From a virus: a DNA stretch of 64,000 nt. The translations under genes were made by a program, and so were the position numbers. The notes below the pieces were generated by a model. It saw nothing but the letters and a program-made list of their open reading frames with translations. It ran no database searches and had not been told where the DNA came from. The stretch lies in the IMG/VR virus record IMGVR_UViG_3300025009_000052; one strand, 5' to 3'. Positions within the stretch are counted from its first letter, which is position 1. The number at the start of each line of letters is the position of its first letter. Of the stretch, positions 10,036 through 18,106 are shown piece by piece.

Positions 10036-13000
10036 ATGGCTGTTAGACGAAGATTTAATGTAATTAATCAGATGCGTTGGGACGTTCCTCATATGAGATC
10101 TATAGAATCAGCAGTTTCTAATGATTTCGATGAGTTACTTAGTTCGTTAGTTTTAGGTGAAAGCCAATCCTATATTGCCAGAGGTTTTGAAATCAATATG
10201 GTAGGTGCGGTGGGAGCATCTGCTAATGGACTACAGTTAATTGTAGAAAATAGTTCTGTATTACATGGTAAGTCAACAGTATCGGGTACTTTTTTGATGG
10301 TTCCAGACGGAACAGCTAATGAAATTCTTAATTCTACAGTAAATGAAAAGGTAGATGGTAGTTTTACCCCCAGTTCTCTAAACTATATTGGTTTAGAATA
10401 TAGTCGAGCTGTAGACGACACAACCCTGTCTCAAGTATATTTATGGAACCCAACTTCACAAACTGAAACTACTAAAACCCTTCCCTTAGCTCAGATTTTA
10501 AACTACACAATAGTTATCACATCCTCTATATATGCTAGTAACGTACTACCAATAGCTATTGTTGAGACAGATAGTGCAAATAATGTCTTAAGTGTTATTG
10601 ATCAAAGACCTATGTTATTTAGATTAGGCACTGCTGGGGTTAATACTCCAAATCCTGATTATGAATATCCTTGGACCAACCATACAGAAGGTAGAACGGA
10701 AAATCATTGGCAATCATCCTCTTCAACCTCTCCATTTAGGGGCGGCGATAAGCAAATTATGTCATTAAAAGAGTGGATGGACGCTATAATGACAGAGTTT
10801 AAATTAATTAAGGGAACTCCAAGATGGAACACCCTAACAAGTAATATCAGTATAGATGATTTATATGCTGATTTGGCAAATTTAAAAATGACCGGTAGGG
10901 GTTCTTTTTTTCATAGCGAATCTGTTGCTGGCCAGATCAACTGGGATAGAGATTTTTATTTAAGATTAATTGGAAGTAGATTAAGCTTTAGAGTTTTAGC
11001 TAATTTAACCTCTAACCACATAACATTAGCCGACGGCGAAGTTGCTTATTTAGAGTTAGAAAGAGATGTTGAGATAACACCTAATTTAATATTTACTAAT
11101 GGAAGTGCTGTAGTTTCTTCTGTGGGCGCCGTTTCTTGGACCAATAACGTAACTGCTGGTGATTTTATTAAGTTAGGTTCGGCAAATAAATCAAAATACT
11201 ACCAAATATTGACGGTAGATTCTGTTTCTCAAGTTACACTAACTGTTAATTATCAAGAATTATCAACCGGATCTGCTGGTGATAATGCTGTTTATACTTG
11301 GGGTTGGTACGAAACAAGTGCTTCTCCCTCAACAAAAAGACATATTAAAATAGCCGATAGAGAAGATGTTCCTTTTGATGGCAATGTTTATTGGTTATTT
11401 TTTAGAGACGATAATGGGGCCAGTATTGCTAAGATTTATATTAGAATGGGTGGGGGCTCTGGAGAATTAGAGCAAGGTGAAAGCGTTCAAATTAGTGATG
11501 AAGTTCCACAAGCTTTATTGGACTATATTGGTTCTAGAAGTGAAAGCGATAGTGACCCAAATTATTCTGGTTCGGTTAATATTAAAGAAGTTACCGAAGT
11601 AGAATTTGATGCACAATCTAAAATAGCTGCTGGTCAATATTGGTTGATTGAATCTGCTGGTGGAACTCAGTATTATGTTTGGTATACCTTTAATAGTGTT
11701 GGTGTGGATCCAGCAATAGTAGGTAGAACAGGTGTTCAAGTTGATTTATCTGCAAGTGGAGATACTGAAAATCAAGTTGCTACTAAGACTCAATTAGTAA
11801 TAGAAGCCCTAGCTGATTTTACTGCAACTGTAAGTAATAACGTAGTTACAATAGAAGATGCAAATAATGGAACACCTGCCGATGCAAGTAATGGAAATAT
11901 GGGCGGGGCATTTTACATTACAATTCCTACGGAAGGAGATGTAAGTACTAAATTTAATCAACAAAATTATAACACCATCGAAGGTGAGAATCTAACACGA
12001 AGGGCGGCAAGATTGACGGCTATGATGGCCGATAAAGCCCAAGATAAAACTATTGGCTTTACTCCAGATTATAAGTCTTGCGCTAAGGCAACGAATGGAG
12101 CAAATCAAGAAATCGGTTTTGCTAATACAGATGAAGATGGTAACGTAACTACTCCATATCTTTATATTTCCATTCCAAGTTCATCCAACAATATGACAAT
12201 TGAATTAACTAACGGTCCAGTGTCGTTAGCCGTAAATCAAGTTGCTTATTTTACGATAGATAGAAACGCATCGTCATCTATCGATTTATCAAATTTAACA
12301 ATTGTTAGTATTGGATCTTGCCCATTAAATGAAAATGTTTTTATATTTGCCTATAGACTTGCAGATACTACAGTTTGGTTGTGGGATGGTCAGGAATTAA
12401 TAGATGGTGATAATCCAAGTTTAAGCGCATTTTCTGAAGTTTTGGCTTCTAATGCTTACCAAGAACCTATATATATTATAGCGGGAGCTCCCTCTACCGA
12501 TAATGAATTGACCGGGCCTATAAGTGCCGGTACAGCTATTACCTTACCAGATGACTCCAGAGATAGTGGAAGCCCACAAGGTTATGTAGTTGGAAAGGGC
12601 GTTTTAGATGTTTACTTAAATGGAATACCATTATTAAATGGGGTTGACTTTATAGAATTAGGTCCTGTAGGTTCTGCTAATAATCAATTCCAAATAGACA
12701 TTGATTTAGTAATCGGAGACATATTAGATATTAGAATTAAAGTTAATGGTGGCTATACCGGTGTTGGAACTCTATCGAGTGGTGAGAGCAATGCTGGTGT
12801 AAATGTTGGTACTGGGGCAGAGGTTTACCAAACCAAGTCTGGTGTGAATTTATTATTTAGAACGTTAGTGTCGGGTGCAAATATAATCATTACTGAAAAT
12901 ACCAATGAGATAGTTATTGCGGCAAGTGGCAGTACTTCTAAAAATGTACAACATATTAATAGCGCCGATTATGTAATTACAGATATTGATGGTTACGATG

Positions 13001-13248
13001 TATTATTGGTAACGACTGGGGCAAGTGATAGGTTGATGACGCTACCTACCGCTAGTGCAAATAATGGTCGTACCATAGTGGTCAAAAAAATCGATGCTGG
13101 AATTGGCTATGTAAGGATAAGAGCTGAGGGTGCTGAGGCGATAGACGACATGGTAGGCGCCACATACAACTCGGCCGTAAACGAAATTCAGGCACAGTGG
13201 TCATCCTTCACATACGTATGCGATGGATTTAATTGGTTTATTATATAG
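10036..13248 (+). CDS. Baseplate-attached tail fibre/receptor-binding-type structural protein
   Basis: 1070 aa, multidomain and beta-rich. C-terminal 'MTLPTASANNGRTIVVKKID...WSSFTYVCDGFNWFII' is a common fibre-tip module. Located in the tail cluster. Confidence 0.6.
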   Translation: MAVRRRFNVINQMRWDVPHMRSIESAVSNDFDELLSSLVLGESQSYIARGFEINMVGAVGASANGLQLIVENSSVLHGKSTVSGTFLMVPDGTANEILNSTVNEKVDGSFTPSSLNYIGLEYSRAVDDTTLSQVYLWNPTSQTETTKTLPLAQILNYTIVITSSIYASNVLPIAIVETDSANNVLSVIDQRPMLFRLGTAGVNTPNPDYEYPWTNHTEGRTENHWQSSSSTSPFRGGDKQIMSLKEWMDAIMTEFKLIKGTPRWNTLTSNISIDDLYADLANLKMTGRGSFFHSESVAGQINWDRDFYLRLIGSRLSFRVLANLTSNHITLADGEVAYLELERDVEITPNLIFTNGSAVVSSVGAVSWTNNVTAGDFIKLGSANKSKYYQILTVDSVSQVTLTVNYQELSTGSAGDNAVYTWGWYETSASPSTKRHIKIADREDVPFDGNVYWLFFRDDNGASIAKIYIRMGGGSGELEQGESVQISDEVPQALLDYIGSRSESDSDPNYSGSVNIKEVTEVEFDAQSKIAAGQYWLIESAGGTQYYVWYTFNSVGVDPAIVGRTGVQVDLSASGDTENQVATKTQLVIEALADFTATVSNNVVTIEDANNGTPADASNGNMGGAFYITIPTEGDVSTKFNQQNYNTIEGENLTRRAARLTAMMADKAQDKTIGFTPDYKSCAKATNGANQEIGFANTDEDGNVTTPYLYISIPSSSNNMTIELTNGPVSLAVNQVAYFTIDRNASSSIDLSNLTIVSIGSCPLNENVFIFAYRLADTTVWLWDGQELIDGDNPSLSAFSEVLASNAYQEPIYIIAGAPSTDNELTGPISAGTAITLPDDSRDSGSPQGYVVGKGVLDVYLNGIPLLNGVDFIELGPVGSANNQFQIDIDLVIGDILDIRIKVNGGYTGVGTLSSGESNAGVNVGTGAEVYQTKSGVNLLFRTLVSGANIIITENTNEIVIAASGSTSKNVQHINSADYVITDIDGYDVLLVTTGASDRLMTLPTASANNGRTIVVKKIDAGIGYVRIRAEGAEAIDDMVGATYNSAVNEIQAQWSSFTYVCDGFNWFII

Positions 13249-13257
13249 GAATTAATT

Positions 13258-13701
13258 ATGACATATTCAAGAAGTTTAGCGGGATCAATCAGTACAGCAC
13301 CACAAGGTGACGAAGGTTTGAACTCTACAGGTAGTTCCTTAAACAAAGCTACTCCCGTATCTATTAATCATACTTCTGGTGAGGTCGATATAATTGACGT
13401 TTCAAATGAAGCAAGTGCCAGAGCTTCCTTCGCTGTAGTTAGAGAAGATTCGGCAGATGGACAACCAGTAGAATATATTTCCAATGGAAGATTAAAAGAC
13501 GTTTCCCTTTCTTTTGATTATAGCGATGTTATCTATGTTTCTAAATTGGGCTCGTTAACAAATATTGCACCTTCCGTTGGTGTTGGTGGTTTTGTGTCTG
13601 GTGATTTTATTGTTAGGGTAGGAATAATAGCTAAAAATTTAAGTGACCCATTAAAAAAGGATTTAGTAATAGATATGGAAGTTGAAGGTCAATTGGAGTA
13701 A
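13258..13701 (+). CDS. Small virion structural/decoration protein
   Basis: Single domain similar by eye to domains in 13932..15827 and 18107..21016. Confidence 0.45.
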   Translation: MTYSRSLAGSISTAPQGDEGLNSTGSSLNKATPVSINHTSGEVDIIDVSNEASARASFAVVREDSADGQPVEYISNGRLKDVSLSFDYSDVIYVSKLGSLTNIAPSVGVGGFVSGDFIVRVGIIAKNLSDPLKKDLVIDMEVEGQLE

Positions 13702-13703
13702 AT

Positions 13704-13892
13704 ATGGAAAGAGTAAGGAAAGTAAGTGAAGAACAATTATCTAAAATGAGCGAAGAGCAGCTTCAACTGATTGAAGAAAAATTAGGTGGAAGAATTAGAG
13801 AATTGATAGACTCTACCGTTACAGAAGCAAATAAATTATTAGACATTTATGGATTAAAAGTAAGGATGCAGTTTCTCATAGAAGAAAAATAA
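13704..13892 (+). CDS. Hypothetical small helical protein
   Basis: 62-aa ORF tightly packed in the operon, GGAG RBS. Confidence 0.5.
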   Translation: MERVRKVSEEQLSKMSEEQLQLIEEKLGGRIRELIDSTVTEANKLLDIYGLKVRMQFLIEEK

Positions 13893-13931
13893 AAATAACA
13901 TAATTACAATGACGTAATTACAGGAGGTTAT

Positions 13932-15827
13932 ATGGCCGATTTTAAAATTTTATCACGTCTTATCAACGGGTTAAACCGTAATGTTGATTTATCAACAAAC
14001 ACTTTAATTTTAGGTAACGTAAAGATTGGTGGAGAAACCAATTATGCTACATTTGATGTTTCAGCTTTAGATGCAGCTAGAACTATTACAATGCCAAATG
14101 CCAACGTAGATTTGGGTGGAATTGCTACTAATGCTAGTGCTATTTCAACTCACTTAAATGGTGAAGCTTCAAAACACGATGCTACTGAAATTGATTTTGA
14201 ATATGCCGATGGTTCTAAAAAGAATATTCAAGCCGCTTCCGATACTGTTGAAGCTGCAATTCAAGATTTAGACACAGCGATTGGTGCTTTAGCCGCTACC
14301 CCAACTAATTACACCCCAGCTTCTCCTGCTATTGTTGCTTCTCACTTAGCTGCAATTGATAGTGCAATTGGAACGGCTTTAGGTTCTGATTTTAGCGATG
14401 CTGTTTTTAGAATTTCTGACAACACTACCGCTTCTAAGAAAATTGCATTTGAAGCTAGTGGAATTTCCGAATCTACCGTTAGAACAATTACAATGCCAGA
14501 TGCAAACGTAGATTTAGGACATATTGCTAATTTAACTACACTGTCTGGTGTAGCTGCTGCAAGTACACATTTAGGTACGTTTACCGGTGCTATTATTGAA
14601 GATAGTAGAACTATTAAACAAGCATTACAAGATTTAGAAACATCCTTGTCAAATACCCAAGGTGTTATAAATAACTTTGAATGGCAAGAATCTGCTTTAA
14701 GTTATGTGGCCGATAACACAGCGGCTCCAGCTACCGAAGTAACTGGTGATAGATATATTTTATCTCATGATGGCGGCGCTCCCCATGCTGATTATGATGG
14801 TGCTTCTGCTGGTGATATTGTCGAATTTAACGGAACATCTTGGATTGCCGTTACTCCAAGTGTCGGTACTTTTATTGCTGTTGATGACGAAGCGAATAAG
14901 CTTTACGTTTGGGGAGGATCTTCCTGGTCATCTAAATATTTTGAATCAACTACCGCTTCTGGTCTTTTAACTAAAGACGTTTTTGATGTAAAATTTGCTA
15001 CAAGTACTGCTGCTAATATTATAGTTTACAATGCTTCTGGAATTGCATCTGCTGTCGCAATGTCTAGTGAAGCAACTATTAGTGACGCTGGTGCGGTTAC
15101 TTTAAGTAACGCTGCTGTAATTGGCAAAGTATTGACTGGTTTTACTAGTGGAGTGGGAACAGTAACTGCTGATGATAGTTTATTAAGTGCTATTCAGAAA
15201 ATTGACGCTAATGCTAATGCTGCTGCTAGTGCTGCTAGTGACGCTCAAGCCGATGTTGATGATTTAGTAACTCTTTCTGGTGTTGCCGTTAATGCAGAAC
15301 ATTTAGGTACATTTACAGGATCAACAATTGCTGATTCTTCTACAATTAAATCAGCATTACAGAGCCTCGAAACCGCAGTAGAAGGAGCATCTGCATCTTC
15401 TAATAAGATAGAAAAAACATGCGTGGCAGGATTTCAAGTTCCAGCCAATTCCTCCAGACTTGTTAGGTATGCGTTGTCATCGGAAACAGCCGGTAGGGTA
15501 TATTTAGCATCCAAACCAGCCGGAGCCGCTGGATCTGAAACCAATACAATTTACGTTATTGGACTAGCTCAAAACCGAACGGCTTCAGCTATAGAAATAG
15601 GATCAAATGTTCCTGTTATTATTTTAGGGGAAGCAACTCTCCAATCCTCAGACAGTTCTTTTGAATCTAGTGAAGTTGGCTTACCTATATTTTTGGGTGA
15701 TTCAGGTGCATTTGATGTTGCCACTCAGTTAACATTTAGTTCTAACGATGCATCGGTTTGGTGCGCTCAAGTTAAAACAGTTGGAATTATTGAAATAAAA
15801 CAATCTCAAATCCTAGGAATTAACTAG
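13932..15827 (+). CDS. Fibre protein with internal repeats and a DUF2793-like domain
   Basis: Ala/Ser/Thr-rich. 'GDRYIL...GDIVEFNGTSW...P..G....V.DE..LYVW.G..W' is DUF2793-like. Duplicated RTITMP.ANVDLG and TLSGVA....HLGTFTG. RBS AGGAGG. Confidence 0.65.
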   Translation: MADFKILSRLINGLNRNVDLSTNTLILGNVKIGGETNYATFDVSALDAARTITMPNANVDLGGIATNASAISTHLNGEASKHDATEIDFEYADGSKKNIQAASDTVEAAIQDLDTAIGALAATPTNYTPASPAIVASHLAAIDSAIGTALGSDFSDAVFRISDNTTASKKIAFEASGISESTVRTITMPDANVDLGHIANLTTLSGVAAASTHLGTFTGAIIEDSRTIKQALQDLETSLSNTQGVINNFEWQESALSYVADNTAAPATEVTGDRYILSHDGGAPHADYDGASAGDIVEFNGTSWIAVTPSVGTFIAVDDEANKLYVWGGSSWSSKYFESTTASGLLTKDVFDVKFATSTAANIIVYNASGIASAVAMSSEATISDAGAVTLSNAAVIGKVLTGFTSGVGTVTADDSLLSAIQKIDANANAAASAASDAQADVDDLVTLSGVAVNAEHLGTFTGSTIADSSTIKSALQSLETAVEGASASSNKIEKTCVAGFQVPANSSRLVRYALSSETAGRVYLASKPAGAAGSETNTIYVIGLAQNRTASAIEIGSNVPVIILGEATLQSSDSSFESSEVGLPIFLGDSGAFDVATQLTFSSNDASVWCAQVKTVGIIEIKQSQILGIN

Positions 15828-15856
15828 TTTTTATTTAACTATTAATTTATTTTTAA

Positions 15857-15892
15857 AAAAGGAGCGATTTCTGCCGCTCCTTTTGTTTTTTT
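15857..15892 (+). terminator. Rho-independent terminator after the fibre gene
   Basis: AAAAGGAGCG-atttctgc-CGCTCCTTTT followed by a T-run. Confidence 0.8.
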
Positions 15893-15902
15893 ATGGTATA
15901 AT
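15891..15902 (+). promoter_or_regulatory. Class II (putative middle) promoter TTATGGTATAAT
   Basis: Matches the recurring WTRTGGTAT motif, ~20 nt upstream of the endonuclease ATG. Confidence 0.6.
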
Positions 15903-15921
15903 ATAGTAAGGTATTAAAAAT

Positions 15922-17544
15922 ATGTCTAAAAAATTGACTTTAGAAAAAGTAAGACAATATATTGAAAATTTTGGATATAGATTAATATCTACTGAATACA
16001 TTAATAACCATACCAATATATTGGTTCAATGTAATAAACAACATATTTATTCTGTTAGATTTAATAATTTTATTTCTGGTAAAAGATGTCCACACTGTTG
16101 TGGTGGAATTAAATTTACCCTTGAACAAGTGCGGGCTAAGTTAGAATCTTGCAGCTATACCCTACTATCTGTAGGGTATACTAATTCACACACAGATTTA
16201 GAAATAAAGTGTCCAAATAACCACATAATAAATATGAGTTACAATGCTTTCAGTAGAGGATGTAGGTGTATAATATGTGAAGATCGCCAAAAAATTGATT
16301 ATGAATACGTTAAGAACTATATTGAATTAACTGGATATCTATTAAAATCTCATTCGTACACCAATGCTCACAATAAATTACATACATTATGCCCCAAAGG
16401 ACACGATTATTTTGTTGATTTTAATCATTTTAAGTTAGGAACTAGATGTCCAATATGCAGGAGATGTAAAAAACACACAATAGAATACGCCAGAGAAGTG
16501 TTGTTAAAATATAATTATTTATTATTAAGTACTCAATATACCAATAACCGCACACTACTGTCCGTTGTGTGCCCCTCTGGCCATAATATTAAAATAAGCA
16601 TTGGAAGTTTTTTGGCTGGCCACAGATGCGGAACTTGCTTTGGTAAACAAAAACATCCCATAGAGTATGTTAAGAAATATATTGTAGAAAGAAATTACGA
16701 ATTGCTTTCTACAGAATACATAAATGGAATAAAAAAGTTAAAAATTAAATGTAATTATGGCCACGAATATTGGGCAAGTTTTTCAGCTTTTAAACATGGC
16801 AATACTCGTTGCCCATATTGTGCCAATAATGTACCTAGAACAATAGATCAAGTAAAAGAATTGTATAGAGCAGAAGGTTATGAGTTATTATCTAACGAAT
16901 ATAGGAATCACAATACTAAATTAAATATTAAATGCCCAAGTGGTCATCAATATACAAGTTCCTTGGGTAGTTGGATTGGTAGTAATAAAGGAAGGTGTCC
17001 GGTATGTGCCAATGTTGTAAAATATTCTTGGAACTTCGTAAGTGATTATATAAAAAATTATAATAACCAACTGGTTTCTGAATACAATGGATCTAACAAA
17101 AAGATATCTATTTTATGTGAAAAAAAGCACCTTTATCGAACTACTTTTAATAAGTTTAAGCACGGAGGTCGCTGTCCACATTGTAGAAATTTTATTCAAG
17201 AAGAAATTTGTAGATCTGTATTTGAAAAGATAACTAACAAACCATTCCCTACTAAAAAACCTTATTGGCTTATTAATCCAGAGACGGGTAAAAAATTGGA
17301 GTTAGATGGGTATTGCGAAGAGTTGAAATTAGCTTTTGAATATGACGGAGAGTTTCACTTTAAGAAGCATTTTAGGATTAAGAACAAGAACGATTCCCTT
17401 GAAAAACAACAAAACCGTGACCAACTTAAAAATAAACTTTGTTTAGAAAAAGGAGTTCATCTTATCAGAATTCCATACACTATCAAAAATAAAGAACAAT
17501 TTATCAAAGAACAACTATATAAATTCTGCTTAGGTATAAGTTAA
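15922..17544 (+). CDS. Free-standing putative homing endonuclease: 7 zinc-finger repeats plus a Vsr/DUF559-like PD-(D/E)xK nuclease domain
   Basis: Seven ~60-aa repeats with CxxxH...CxxC. C-terminal 'LELDGYCEELKLAFEYDGEFH...RDQLK...LIRIPY'. Confidence 0.75.
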   Translation: MSKKLTLEKVRQYIENFGYRLISTEYINNHTNILVQCNKQHIYSVRFNNFISGKRCPHCCGGIKFTLEQVRAKLESCSYTLLSVGYTNSHTDLEIKCPNNHIINMSYNAFSRGCRCIICEDRQKIDYEYVKNYIELTGYLLKSHSYTNAHNKLHTLCPKGHDYFVDFNHFKLGTRCPICRRCKKHTIEYAREVLLKYNYLLLSTQYTNNRTLLSVVCPSGHNIKISIGSFLAGHRCGTCFGKQKHPIEYVKKYIVERNYELLSTEYINGIKKLKIKCNYGHEYWASFSAFKHGNTRCPYCANNVPRTIDQVKELYRAEGYELLSNEYRNHNTKLNIKCPSGHQYTSSLGSWIGSNKGRCPVCANVVKYSWNFVSDYIKNYNNQLVSEYNGSNKKISILCEKKHLYRTTFNKFKHGGRCPHCRNFIQEEICRSVFEKITNKPFPTKKPYWLINPETGKKLELDGYCEELKLAFEYDGEFHFKKHFRIKNKNDSLEKQQNRDQLKNKLCLEKGVHLIRIPYTIKNKEQFIKEQLYKFCLGIS

Positions 17545-17882
17545 GCGCCTCTATCTACCCTAAAACGGAGTTTATCCCCCACATTTAAAGAAAAGGTCAT
17601 TGTTATTTTAGTTCTAGTTCCGGTTCCGACCCAGTTGTAGTCGAAAACATCTTGAACTCTATCTCCGTTAAAGTATACTTCTAGATTATCACCGTCGTAA
17701 GTACCTGAATTTGGTAATGTAATTTCATCCCCCGACTCACAATCGGCTAAATTAATTTCATTTGCCCCAGAAGCGCCACTTTCAACTACGATTAAATAAT
17801 CATCATAAATAGTAGGTGTTCCACTTTCATCCACCATTCTTGGCAATCCAGAAACTAAACGTAGAAATTTTCCCACAAACAC
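17541..17882 (-). CDS. Small virion structural protein, inverted relative to the tail operon
   Basis: GTG start with GGAG RBS. 'ITLP....LEVYFNG....DY....TKITMTFSLNVGDKLRFR' resembles a domain in 10036..13248. Confidence 0.6.
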   Translation of the reverse strand: MFVGKFLRLVSGLPRMVDESGTPTIYDDYLIVVESGASGANEINLADCESGDEITLPNSGTYDGDNLEVYFNGDRVQDVFDYNWVGTGTRTKITMTFSLNVGDKLRFRVDRGA

Positions 17883-17982
17883 TCCATTAATACAACTTAT
17901 AAGATTAAAGATTACTATACACCAGTCAATAATCTAGAATGGCGATTATCCTAATAGTCCAGAATAATGATAATCTTCAATC

Positions 17983-18042
17983 ATAATATAGGTATATTTA
18001 TAATATAGGTATATTTATAATATAGGTATATTTATAATATAG
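17983..18042. repeat. Tandem 17-bp direct repeat (ATAATATAGGTATATTT x3.5)
   Basis: Exact copies at 17983, 18000 and 18017, plus a partial copy at 18034-18042. Confidence 0.95.
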
Positions 18043-18106
18043 AAATTAAATCAAATGTATTTAAGACAAAATACATAACTAATACAGAATTTTAAAAGGA
18101 AATACA

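Noticed and set aside
17983-18042. Possible CRISPR array
   Set aside because: The repeats are directly adjacent, with no spacers and no cas genes.
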